NCBI GenBank assembly: GCA_963514005.1
Contig: OY740809.1
Coordinates: forward strand, 26,226,001 to 26,290,000
Reading direction: 5' to 3'
Source of the DNA: Raja brachyura
Taxonomy: Eukaryota
DNA length: 64,000 bases
Shown: one piece after another, positions 1-12,646 of the stretch
Position numbering within the stretch: position 1 is the first letter of the stretch
Layout: each line of letters opens with the position of its first letter
Made by a program: the position numbers and the translations under genes
Notes under the pieces: model-generated
Database searches by the model: none
What the model was told of the DNA's origin: nothing
The model's input: only the letters and a program-made list of their open reading frames with translations

Positions 1-113
1 TAAAATATGACACATCTGGTTCTACGTATACCATTTAAAATAGGATAATATTTGGAAATAAAAAGAGTACTTTAAAAAAAAATATTGGGAGAGGTTCTTC
101 AGCATTTATTTAC

Positions 114-207
114 CTAGCATCTGTTTCTGTTCCTGAGGAGGAGCTGCTGCTAGCATGGAGGCAGTCAGTGGTTCCTGTCCTTGTACAAGCACTGCAGACT
201 GAGAGGC
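114..207 (-). CDS. pabpc4: PABPC4 exon 12 (start of the MLLE/PABC domain); gene continues beyond the window start
   Basis: aag| [31 protein letters not shown] |gtaaat; 94 bp. Confidence 0.93.
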
Positions 208-269
208 CTTAAGAAAGAAAAATAATTGTTTAGTCTAAAATGTCTATTTTCCATCCCAAAAGGATGGCA

Positions 270-1030
270 ACGGTTGCTAATGAGCAGGAAGGATGTAGAT
301 TACAAGAATGTATCAATGGACTGATCAAGTGGACACAAAGTAATAGGTGAAATTCAATCTGCAGGTACTGCATTGGGATAGGAACAGCACATTAAATAGT
401 TTGATACTGAGAAGGAAAAGGGGCTTGGAGAGCATATATTTACAGATCACTAACAGTAGCGGCTCAGGTAGAAAAGGTACTTGCAATACTGGCTTTTAAA
501 GAATACAAGATCATTAAAATAATGCTACAATTGTATAAAACACTAATTAGGTTGTGGTTAATGTACAGTTTTAGGCACCACTTTTCAGGGAGTATATGAC
601 AACATTAGAATAAAGAGGATACTGATGAATATGTACCCAAGGGCAGAAGATTTTAGCTAGTTAGGATGGAGTTAGTTAGGATGATTATTTAGCATGGTGT
701 TATTTTCTTTGGAACAGAAGTAGTTAAGGTTTATAAAACAATGAGAGGTCTTGAAAGGGCGAATGGGAAGGTTCTTCAGCAAAGAGGTCAATTAACACGG
801 ACCATAGTCTTTAGTGACTTGGAATGTTGAGTTAAATCCTTTAGCCTAGAGAGGTAGTCATGTGGAACCAGCCACCTGAAAGGATGGTTGGTAGAGGCAA
901 AAACCTTCTGCACATTTGAAAGATACTTAGATGCACACTGACAACTTAGAAGGATATGCAGCAAGACCAGGAAGTGGAGTTAGATTGGGTGTAGTTCTTA
1001 TTCAGCTGGTCAGGATAAGATTTATTTCTA
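270..1030 (+). mobile_element. Highly degenerate CR1 3' fragment
   Basis: Remnants of LYKTLIR...VQF.AP and 3'-end motifs. Confidence 0.5.
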
Positions 1031-1490
1031 TATCAAATAGATATCTAATTCTACAAGCACCCATTAAGTTTCCAAATTGCCACTAAAACCAATAACCAAA
1101 GGAATATTTAAACCCGAGTAATTTCTCCTTTTAGTTTAGTTTATTATTGCCACGTGTATCGAGGTACAGTTTGCGTGCTATCGTCAAAAACACTATACAT
1201 TAATGCAAGAAAGCTGTCCAGTGGTGCTCCATTTGTGTCTGTTTTCTTGCATGTCTTTCAATAGGGTGGCTAAGCCAACATCCAATTCTGAATTTTGATA
1301 TTTAGCCAATAATAATGGTATATATTCTCTCACGTTCAAGACAAATTCATGGCATTATTTAATTAAATGTTCTCCATTTTTTTTAGTAACCATGGTCCAT
1401 AGGTGGCTAGATATACCACATTAGCAAATAAATGCAGAAATTAAAATTAGCCAACTTTCTATTCAACTAAGACAATTCATTGTCAATATT

Positions 1491-2343
1491 CTATTTGTTT
1501 CCTCAAGTACCTTGGAGTCACCCTGGTCGCACCCTCACCTAATGTGAACACCTGAAGAGGGTGGCTGATAAACTGAAAGCAAGGGTCAACATCATCAGGA
1601 AACTTGCAGGCAACAGCTGGGGATCCAATGCACACATCCTCCGTACCACAAGCTTAGCCCAAGTCTACTAAACAGCCAGGTTTTGCTTAACAGCTTGGGC
1701 TAATAGTTGCCACAACAAACGAGTTGATACTGTCCTTAACTCTGCAATGTTGGTCATCACAGGGGTGCTCAAGTCAACACCTTTGCAGTGTCTCCCTGTC
1801 CTCTCTCATATCGCCTCTCCCAGCATACGCAGAAGGGAGAGGATGTTGAAAGATTGGTGCACCATCTAGGCCAACCCTGACCTTCTCATCCATGCTGACT
1901 TGAACAATCTGCCCAACATGTGCCTGAAGTCCCGCAAATCATTCTGGTCTTCCGTTAAATCCCTGGAAGACTTTGACTCCAAGACTGAGTGGTGCAGAGC
2001 CTGGAAAGATGCCATCACGAACAACGGAGAGGTCACCACAGACCCCACAGTGAAACCACCGGGTTTTGACCTCCATCGCAAGCAATGGGTAACCCTGAAC
2101 AGAATCCACACCCTCCATGCAAGAACAGCCCATCACCTGCATAAGTGTGGGATGACAGACACCCCTGCTTGTGACTGCGGACATCCAGACCAGACCAGAC
2201 AATCCCACACATTGTGAATGACTGCCCACTGAGGCTTTTACCTGCGGGGCATTAAAGCCATCCACCCAGTAACTGAAGCTGTCCTGGCCTGGATGTCTAA
2301 CCTCGATCTACAACTTTAGGCTGTGCACGCCATAAGCAAGAAG
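1491..2343 (+). mobile_element. 5'-truncated Vingi/Ingi-clade non-LTR retrotransposon
   Basis: Degenerate RT C-terminus KYLGVTL...RKLAGNSWG...ITGVLKSTP...PPGFDLHRKQWVTLNRI...CDCG; short GAA tail; 12-bp TSD attgtcaatatt (1479-1490 and 2344-2355). Confidence 0.8.
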
Positions 2344-2384
2344 ATTGTCAATATTTGAATGGATACATTATGAACTCCTCATAC

Positions 2385-2524
2385 CTGCTGTACGCCCATT
2401 TGAGTTTGCACAACTGATTGCTGTGGGTTCCGGACTGTGGAGGCATATTTATACGGTGGAACACCCCGTGGTGTTGGGCCAGCAATCCCAGGGCGATGTG
2501 CCAGATTCTGAGCTGTAGATAATC
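2385..2524 (-). CDS. pabpc4: PABPC4 exon 11
   Basis: cag| (G)LSTAQNLAHRPGIAGPTPRGVPPYKYASTVRNPQQSVVQTQMGVQQ |gtatga; 140 bp; YKYA motif. Confidence 0.9.
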
Positions 2525-2953
2525 CTGAAATAATAAAGCCATGAAGTTTCCATAAATTTTAACTAAAAAAAAAATCAGTATCTTTCGTGAATGACTAATT
2601 TCACCTTCTAAATTTAAGCACTTCTTTCTAATGAGAAGCTATAGACAAACCTGATTCCAACAATTAATATGAAATGACTAAATTTAGCACAACACTAGAC
2701 TCCAATAAGAAGGTTTGATAGATAATCTGGTAATTTCATGGTCATCTTTACTGATTACAGATTTACATCAGGAATTAACTGAATTTAAGATCCACAATTA
2801 ACAAGAGAATGTTATGACTTTTATTTCATTTGGTCAGTACTTGAATTAGTAGTTCAGTTACATATGCACTATTGTACTGTATTGTAAAACTATTTCACAC
2901 ATTGGAAGCTGCATGAAGATTATAGATTTTTTTGCCATTCCACAAACTCTCAC

Positions 2954-3070
2954 CCATTCTTTGTGCATTAGGAACACCTCGAGAACCCTGAGCATTTCCT
3001 GTTGGGGCTAGGTGACGAAGAGAAGGCCTAGGACCTCCCTGACGAAGGGCATTTGGCACGGCTTGGAACC
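2954..3070 (-). CDS. pabpc4: PABPC4 exon 10
   Basis: cag| (G)[38 protein letters not shown] |gtgaga; 117 bp; resembles the PABPC4 [15 protein letters not shown] motif. Confidence 0.9.
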
Positions 3071-4605
3071 CTGTTGAAGTGAAGGACTGACATTGAAAAC
3101 AATCAAACTAACTGTTCAAGTATCATACTCACTTTAGGCTTCTGAAGCACCATCTGGAACATGCACTAGATTGGAAGATTAGAACTTACACAAAGCTACT
3201 CATGCTCTTTCATAAAATGTTAAGATAGGAAATAAAATGACAATTTATACCAAAGCAAAAGACAAGATCTTCACTTGCTCATTCAGAAGTTTATTACAAA
3301 CTACCTGTGTTATTATTTTCCTCGCATTATGCAAAAGGAGGAATTATGAAAGCAGCAGATTAAATTGGGGATGGAAATAGAAATGGATGCCAGATCTGCA
3401 CGTGTTTGGCCTTGATCTAAGCTTCAATATATATATTCTACCCATCACTAAGACTGAAGACAACTGAAAACAAATTAGTTCTCCAGCTACAAATTCCAAT
3501 GCATCTCTTCTGCCCCTACTCTTTGCAACTGCCTCTCACCTCTTTCACACTGCTGCATACAAAAGCATATTCTAGACTTGCTTTTAGCCATGATGTCAAT
3601 CATTTCTTCTATCACTCTTTGCCAGCCATTTCTCTTTGTACAGTGGGTGACCTACACTGTTAGTGGCAATGTGTGACCGTAATTTCTGAATACATTCACA
3701 GATTAGATATTGGATAGTTTATAATGATGAATCTTGGTTGTTGAATGGATAATTAATGAATAAATTTAATACCCTAAAACCTGAGAAATTGTACCAGGAT
3801 AATTTTTTACTTGTAACATACTAGCTGTCAAATGATTAATCGTACTTGTGCACAAATCACACCTCCAGATTTGCAAGTCAAAATCCTACATGAACATGCA
3901 ACAATATTACAGACTGTTGTTAGGGAACATAAGTTTGGCAAAACCACTAAATTGGCAAAATGAAGTAAAAGGTTCTCAACTCAATAATGTATTTCCACCT
4001 TGCAGCGCTAATATTTACTTCAGTCTATATTCTAATCACAATCTGTTGCCTTTCCAAAACCAAATGACCATTCAACAACCAATCTAATCAATTGTTCAAG
4101 TGGATATGTTCCTAAACATCATCAGGTTATATATTTTTTATAACACATAAAATATTTACTAGCAACAACAATTTCAGCCTTGACAATATCTCCTAAACTC
4201 CTGTATCATCTCCACTGCACCACCTTTTCTGTAAAATGGTGGACAGAACTGTCTGCAGTCCTCAGTCTGTGGTCTAATGATGTATGTAGTTCCAGGATGA
4301 CTTCCCTGCTCTTATATATTCTTACCCTGTCTAATAAGAGTAGGCATCTTATCTGCCTTTTGAACTACCATTTCTGCAAAATCCATGGACATACACTTTA
4401 AAGTTTTGCATTCCTCCATATTTCTCAAGATCCTTCTGCTTACTGAGCATTCCACTGCCTTTGTGTACCTCTCCAAACTCATCATCTGAAGCATGTTGAG
4501 ATAGTTTCATTTGCCACTTTCTCAACTGATTAGCTGTCTTTACTTTCCAGAATTCAAAGCACTTTTCATTCTTTTTAACTACATATCCTACTTTTGTATT
4601 ATTTA

Positions 4606-4700
4606 AGGTAGATAAAAATGCCGGAGAATCTCATCGGATGAGGCAGCATCTATGGAGCGAAGGAAAAGGGCAACGTTTCGGGTCGAGACCCTTCTTCAGG
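4606..4700 (-). mobile_element. Penelope-derived short element with hammerhead core
   Basis: Minus strand CTGAAGA-agggtctcgaccc-GAAACGTT at 4699-4672. Confidence 0.75.
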
Positions 4701-5107
4701 CTCAAATTTGTATTGTTTACATACTTTTAGATTGCTCCTCTATTTAGGCTTATTATGGCATCCATTCTAACAGCTTTTCAGTCTCAAAAATACCAGTCAA
4801 CCGTTGCCACTTTTTCTTTTGGCTTTTTTTTTAACCAACCTCCGCAATAAGACCTAGCTAAAAGCCTTGCAAAATTCTATGCACATTATATCAAAGGCAT
4901 TACCCTTCCTGATTCCTCTTGTGAAGTTTTCAAACATTTGTCTCCCATTGTTCTTTAAAATACTACTTGATAGAAGGGATATTTCTTCAAAAATAAACAT
5001 CCTGTCAGTTTATAATTTTTTATAGATTTGTAAACATTCAATGATTTTTACATAAACCATACACCTCTTAAATTTCAAGCAAGTTTGTACATAATCATTA
5101 AACCTGC

Positions 5108-5198
5108 CTTGGGGTCTGGTTTGCTGCTGTTGCCAACGAGTACTGGGTCTCATCTGGGCCATCTGATTTGGTGCATAATAGGTAGCTCTGTTTTGTGC
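5108..5198 (-). CDS. pabpc4: PABPC4 exon 9 (linker), ending at a GC donor
   Basis: tag| AQNRATYYAPNQMAQMRPSTRWQQQQTRPQG |gcaggt; 91 bp; only the GC donor keeps frame with exon 10. Confidence 0.88.
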
Positions 5199-5619
5199 CT
5201 AGAAGAAAACCAGAACCTATTTTATCCTTTTTGTAAAAATATTCCTTTCACAACATGTAAATTAAATCAAAGGAATTTCTCTGTTAGACTATTTCAAGCT
5301 TTTAATAGGACTTTGTTTTATTTTAGTACAATATCCTCTATTTTTGTTAAACAACACAATGTGGGCACTGGTGGTAAAGCAAGGAATTATTGCCCATTCT
5401 TAATGGACCTTGAGAAGATGGTGAAGGTATCTTTGTGATCAGCTACAATCCACATGATGTGGGTTTTAACAGGATTATACTGCAGAATACCAAGAGGCAT
5501 AGGGACAGTTGTCTCCTTTATTGGAAAACAGCCATTGAATACACAAAACATAACCCTCGATTAATAGGCAAAGATTGACCTCAAATCAGATAGACCAGTG
5601 GCAGGATTAAATGGTCACA

Positions 5620-5714
5620 GTCTGAAGAAGGGTCTCGACCCGAAACGTCGCCTATCTCCTTCGCTCCTCAGATGCTGCTGCACCCGCTGAGTTTCTCCAG
5701 CTTTTGTGTAACCC
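5620..5714 (+). mobile_element. Penelope-derived short element with intact hammerhead core
   Basis: CTGAAGA-agggtctcgaccc-GAAACGTC at 5622-5649; flanked by a cacagt direct repeat. Confidence 0.75.
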
Positions 5715-6611
5715 ACAGTTGAACTTAAGTTTTGTTGAGCTAGTTAAGATGAACCAAGCATGGAATCCACCCCAACTTGCATCTTTTTTCTTTAATCAGT
5801 GTAGAGGCAACTGAACCAAGATTTCTATACATTTTAACCATATGCTTTCATGTCACGTGTGGGACTAAGACACTTATCAAGGACTTCCAGGAGGTAATAT
5901 CAGCTGCTCTTGTGAAGGACAGTCAATTATGTTTTTCTTCCTACATCTTGTGTTCAGCTACATTCTTCTGTCATTTCAAGGTTGTGATAGTTATCTGAGG
6001 ATGTGTGACTAGAATTGAACATTGTGGAATCACCACCTCTTCTACTCTTTAACAGAATACATAAGATGAATCAGATAACGATGGCTAGACATAGGACAAT
6101 TTAACAATAAATTATATTTTAGGATCTGGAGGACGCTCATGACATACACACGGAAATCTATAATCTATTTCAACAGATGAATACCAGCAATTGCAAACAG
6201 AATCAGTGGCAAAACTCAAGAACTAACCCATAAACTATTATCTAACCAGTAAACAATAAATCTATGGAGTTATAACTAAAAAAGAAACAAGCACAATACT
6301 CATGACGCTTAAGATTCAACTGGGAAATATGTACTAGCCCACTTTCCTAGAATCTTGTGTCAAAGCCTTCTGTCCAAGTGGACAAAAGTGGGTTGAGGGT
6401 TGTGTGTTTAGACTGACAATGATCTGTAAAATGACCTGATATCCTTTCCCATTTCTTTCTTATTTGCTTTGAGTAGAACTTCGGATACCCAATCCACAGC
6501 TGAAAGCAATATACAGCCTGCCCTTAAATCAGTAAGAATCTGTAATTTACTTTTGATTTCTCAGTCTTCTTTATAGCTGCCTGACCTGTGGTGTGAGATG
6601 ATGAAAAATTA

Positions 6612-6914
<303 letters not shown>

Positions 6915-7512
6915 TCACAACTGTAAAATGAATATCTAATGCTGGCAATTAAAATGTGCTACAGTTTGTCAATATTAATATGCAAGCTTGGCTATGGTAC
7001 CAAATAAATGGAAAGTTCTGACCTAAATTTGTATCTCAGCAATCTACCTGTTGAAATAGCACGAGTAGGTAATTTGGCCTCTCAAGCCTTCAACATCCAC
7101 GTCGACCTTTTACTACAGGCCCAATTACCTGCACTAATCCCATATCCCCCATTTTCCCTAATACCTAAAAATTAATCCATCTATTTTTTAAACGTACTCG
7201 ACGACTGAGCTTTCATAGCCCTGTTGGATTCCAAAGATTCATTCCCCCTCTCAGTGAAGAAGCCTCATCTTATCTGTGAGTGTGCAACTCCCTTTTCTGG
7301 ACATCCCAGCTAGAAGAATCTTCAATTCTGCCTCTACCCCGTCAAGCAACTGAATGGATCATCTGAATCCATGTAAAAACTGATGGGAATAGCTCCTTAA
7401 ATATATAGACTGCCATAAATTCATGGATAACATGCTTTCTTAAAAAAACAATGATGAGTAACAAGGAAGGCAATTGTTCTTTTCAATTTTGTTTCTTATA
7501 AAACCTTGTTTA

Positions 7513-7617
<105 letters not shown>

Positions 7618-7729
7618 CTAAACAGATTTTAAATAATTTACTAATTGTCAGTAATCCTCATGGTATTGCACAAATTCATGTTCTCAAATCTGACCTCAGC
7701 ATCTGGAATACAATTGATTAACAAATGCA

Positions 7730-7856
7730 CTGAAGAAGGGTCTCGACCCGAAAAGTCGCCTATCTCCTTTGCTCCTTAGATGCTGCTGCACGCACTGAGT
7801 TTCTCCAGCTTTTTGTGTAACCCTCGATTCTCCAGCATCTGCAGTTCCTTCTTTAG
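7730..7856 (+). mobile_element. Penelope-derived short element (hammerhead with GAAAAGTC mutation)
   Basis: Near-identical to the right arm of 16953-17078. Confidence 0.75.
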
Positions 7857-8479
7857 CACTTATATAAGTGTTGCCTAATTCCACACTAATCCAATGACAT
7901 GATTGTAAAAAGCTTCCAGCTCTGAAATGCTCTACAAATAAATGGTTGCTATATAAATAAACTTTGCAAGGTGCTGTTTTGATTATGTAATAAATTATGA
8001 GCCACATATTTTCAAGAAAGAAATAATCAAATATTATTGTTGTAATCTTTTTATCAAAATTAAATGGATATATTTCTTAAACTTGCATTTTCTTTAGAAC
8101 ACATTTGTATTAGTCTGCTATAAGTTTATTGGTAATGCTATGACAGTGAAAATGTACCCATCTGATTAAGGTATGAAAGGAATTTAATTGTGTAATGATC
8201 CAAATTTGAGTGCAATCATGAATACATGATTACATTTTTCACCAGCTTATTATTTAAATGAGTGTTATCAGAAAACTCTGAAGAAGTTTAGTTAAACATT
8301 GATGAATCCTTCTTTCAGGAGATACTCATGTTGATGTTCTGGATTAAAGTGCATCACAGTAAATCTTTTGGCATAATATGCAGGTAAGAAAAATGAAACT
8401 TATAACAGATCAAGTGCACGCTGTTGACCAAATAATGTGTAATGAGTCAGAGAACAGGGAGATCATTAAACAGGTTGAG

Positions 8480-9280
8480 AGGTGCCAGAATAACAATCTT
8501 TCAACATTAGCAAGACCAAGGAACGGATTGTTGCCTTCAGGAAGGCAATGCTGAGGGTCCATGAAACTATCTTCATCAACGTTACAGCAATGGAGAAAGG
8601 CAACAGGGTCAAATTCCTGGTGTGCATATTTCCAATGGTCTGTCCTGGGCCCAGCACATTGACACAATCATAAACAAAGCTTAAAAGATGCCTTTACTTC
8701 ATCAGAGGTTTGAGGAGTTTCAGCCGAACACTCCATCGAACCTCTACGCATAGAGCATACCAACCTGGTTACAGTACTGCCTGATTCGGTACGTCAAACA
8801 TCCAAAGACGACAGAGGCTGCCGAATGTGGTGGTCATTGCCTAGTCCATCATGGATATTGTTCTCCACACCATCAAAGGCATCTACAGGAAGCGCTGCCT
8901 CAAGAAGGCAGCTAATGCATCAAAAACCCACTCAACCCTGGCAATGCTCTCTTCTCGTTGCTACCATTGAGAAGAAGGTACAGCAGCATGAGAACCTTTA
9001 CCTTCACATTCAAAAATCTTCAGTCTCTTGAACCACCCTGTACACCCTAATTACAACCTTACCTCACTATTGGATCTACTATAGACTTTGTATAAGGTTG
9101 CACTATACTCTGGCTTACATTTACGTCCTGGTTACACAATACAAGTAATAATTTTTTGTATAGTTGTTTATTGTATATTTATATGTTGTGTTGCATTAAT
9201 GTGTCTGTAAAGCTGCAACAAGTAAAGATTTAATTATTCTGTCTCCAGTGCATGTGACAATTAAACATTCTTGACTCTTG
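8480..9280 (+). mobile_element. Rex1/Babar LINE 3' fragment
   Basis: FKFLGVHIS..LSWAQH-like and LYFIRGLRSF-like remnants; tail gtgacaattaaacattcttgactcttg. Confidence 0.6.
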
Positions 9281-9358
9281 CAGGATTGCATGAAGCTCAA
9301 TAAGAGTTATGTCCGTCAAGAAGAGGAAAGAAAGAAACACCTGAAAATCATTTAAAAG

Positions 9359-9495
9359 CAATGTTGCAAAGTTGTAGAGACAAGTCTCAAGTTATAAGAG
9401 GCGAATCTGAATTTACTCAGCATTGTTTTGGCACAACAGTTCCTCCAGCATCTGCAGAGCATAATCAGACTTATAGGAACTAGGTCCTTCATTGT
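9359..9495 (-). ncRNA. Degenerate SNORA55-like H/ACA snoRNA in pabpc4 intron 6
   Basis: Minus strand ...gtgcc AAAACA atgctgagtaaattcaga...ttgtctctacaactttgca ACA ttg; the 3' half resembles SNORA55 as recalled from memory (PABPC4-hosted in human); the 5' hairpin looks eroded. Confidence 0.45.
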
Positions 9496-11603
9496 ATAAA
9501 AACCAACATACACTGCGCCCCCTAATAATAGATTTGCTTTGTGCACACGTTTGTGTTCCTATATCTATGACAGTCAAATGCTTTTCCCCTAACCGCAATT
9601 AATCAAACCGGTGACAGGTAAATGTAAACAGAATATTTTGTAAAAACTGTAGTCTGGTGATCGGGATCACACTTCCTTGAAACACTGGTGATATGCTGCT
9701 TGCCGTAAAGCTTGCCCTGCATTACTATACATGCGGTTATATACAAACATCCAAGATGAGCTGATTCAATTCTACTGTTCAAAGGACCATTGCATTTAGC
9801 AGTATTACACTAACACAATAAGCAGGGTCATGGATGTTTTTTGTCATTGCTGATTGGAATAAGAAATTTGATCCCATAGATTTGAATGACGGGGATTGGG
9901 TGGGTGGGGGAGGTGCAGATGTGTAGCTGTCATTGAACCTGGGTTTTTAAAAATTATTTCCTATCATGTTAAGGATTTTTTTTTTACTTTTTCAAAATTC
10001 TAAAATCTATTTGAGCAGTTTGTAAATGTCTACCTGATTCTATTAATAACAATTCCAAAAGCCTTTAACAAAATTATATTTCTATTTCATTCTCTGCACT
10101 TTATGTACAGATAGGAGACCAGGACAACCATGGTGTTTTATGCAAAACTTAAAATGGGAAGATGAAAATGGAACTCTTTCACAGATTAAAATGTTTTTTC
10201 TTAATGGGATCGTTATAGTAGAAATAGTATCAGGCAATTGGTGAAATGTGACGGCGCACAGCTTTACAGGGGTAACATGATCGTACTTGAAAAATCATGG
10301 TAGGACTACACTGCGAACACGTGACCTATTTCCATCACAAACACAAAATGCTCAGATTAATATTACAGCAACATATTTTTTTCAAATGCCAACGGTTCCA
10401 CAATTCACTACTTCTTTAAACAATCCAAACAAAATGAAATTCCTCAATGTGTCACAGCAAATCAGGTAACACATTTCCAGTTTAATGGTTATTTTGTTCC
10501 CAAATTGCACACATGGAAATCCTACTCTTCAAAGAATTTCAAGATGTTAATTCAAATAAAAGATCAAACAAAATGTAAAATAACATATTGGGCCAGACAG
10601 CTGTCCACAACTCGTCTTGGAATCAGGATTTCATCCAGTGATGAAATCTCTCACCACTCAGCAGTTCAGGTGTGCTGAAAATTTTAGAAAAGCTGGATCA
10701 TCGAACAGCAGAGGATGCCAACAACACAAAGGACAGGTCCTTTCAGTTCCCTGCAATGTGATGAGGGACCAAGTTGCTACCAAGTGGAAGGTAAGTGGTT
10801 CATCCACTGGCAAGCAACTATGCTGCCCTGGCCATTTTCTAGCTGTAAACTAAGGCAAGCAACCTCAACTTACTCCCCTACCAGATTGGTGAGTCAGATA
10901 TCAACCCCACGAAGATCCAAGTTCTTGTCTAACATAGCGAATGGAATACTAACACACCCCAGCTTACACAATAGGTGACTTGCATAAACTCACACTAACA
11001 TAAACAATTCTGTACTCAATTGCTAGCGCAATCAAGGTAGTTTGTAATTTCCACAACACAGTACGTTCGTGCAGCGCAGAAAATGCCCAACGGCAAGTCA
11101 GAACTCAAGCCGGCAATGGTGGCGGAGCTTACTCAGAAGGCCGTGCACCGCAGAAAGTGCCCCAATGGGGAGACGGAACTCAAGTTTAAGAGTAACCTGA
11201 GCAAAATACAAAATGCTGGAGTAACTCAGCAGGTCAGGCAGCATCTTTGGAGGACATGGATGTACATTTCCTCCACAGATGTTGTGGCGAGGTTTTGAGC
11301 TGTTAGTTGTTGCTAAGTCGCAGCTAGACACCACTGAGACAGCGAGCTTGAGCCCAACACGATTAACTCACAGTTTGAGTGAGGAGAGAGAGAGAAACAA
11401 AGATTAATTGAGCATGCAGAGAAACATTTCTTTAGGATTCCAATTAAAACCGTCCAAGTCATTTTGGGCTGGGGACGGAAACAGACACAGAGTAGGTGTT
11501 TCAGACAAGTAAAATCTGACTTGCGTAATGGTTCACGGAACTTTACATTTAGTTATATAAGTCAAGGAGTGACCAAGAACCCGTAGTTTATAGATGGTGA
11601 TTA

Positions 11604-11780
<177 letters not shown>

Positions 11781-12646
11781 CTAAATGTAAATACATAAGT
11801 ACATCACCATATTGAAGATAATATCAACATAAGTTATAACACGTGACATTTATCTATTGTACATTAACCAAAATTATGCAAATGGAAAAATACAACAAAA
11901 TGGCAGATCAACCTATTTGAGGCAAAGCAGGATTTAGATCAATCTACAATAAAATATGATTCCAAGAAAATGCCTCATTTAGTCTAAGCAATCACATTCT
12001 GTGTATGGAAGAACATTTTAAAAATCTAAGTTCAAAACCTATTTAAAAAGGAAATGGGGATTTATTGTCATCTATTTCCTTATTCTCAAAGTAGTCACTC
12101 TGCCTTGGTAATGTCAGCTGTACTACTACCTTGAAAGGACTATAATTTAAGCATCGTATTTGTAAGATTTGCAAAAGCGAAGTCATGAGTCATTCAGTAA
12201 ATGGAAGGCTCTGTATCCGTGCTGTATTTCTCTGCGACTCAGAGGAATAGAGTATAAAATGAGTGATGTCATTAACATTTATAAACGGTGATTTGGCAAT
12301 AATTGGAACATTGCAGTTCTGGGCATTAACACTTTAGGAGGTATTAAGGCTTTGGAGAAGGTGCAGTAGAAATGTATTAAATAGATTTCAAGAATGAGCA
12401 CCTTTTGTTATGTGGATAGACTGGAGAAGCTGGAGTTGTTCTCCTTGGAAAGGAATTTGCATGTACATCTGATAGAAGTATTTAAAATTGTTATGGTATA
12501 GAGAAACTTCATATTGCCAAAGAGATCAAGAAGTAAGGAACATAGAAATTAAAACTGACAATTTTCTTTCCCTCGAAAAATGAGTTGCAGACTGAGAGGT
12601 AACAATGCAAAAAGTTTCAATAGTCGAATTGAAAAGAGCGCTGAAT

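Noticed and set aside
2525-2953. Extra mammalian PABPC4 alternative linker exon (SECPDRLAMDF-like)
   Set aside because: No matching peptide or splice sites are visible; exons 10 and 11 join in frame directly.
10244-10340. CpG-containing hairpin ending in ACATTT (minus strand) as an H/ACA snoRNA
   Set aside because: The upper stem catgat/atcatg is ~26 nt from ACA (about 14-15 expected) and there is no clear H box; more likely an old repeat fragment.
11290-11420. TTAATCTTTG (antisense to the 18S 5' region) as a second SNORA55 copy
   Set aside because: The partner pocket strand GACA, the H box and the ACA box were not found at the correct spacing.
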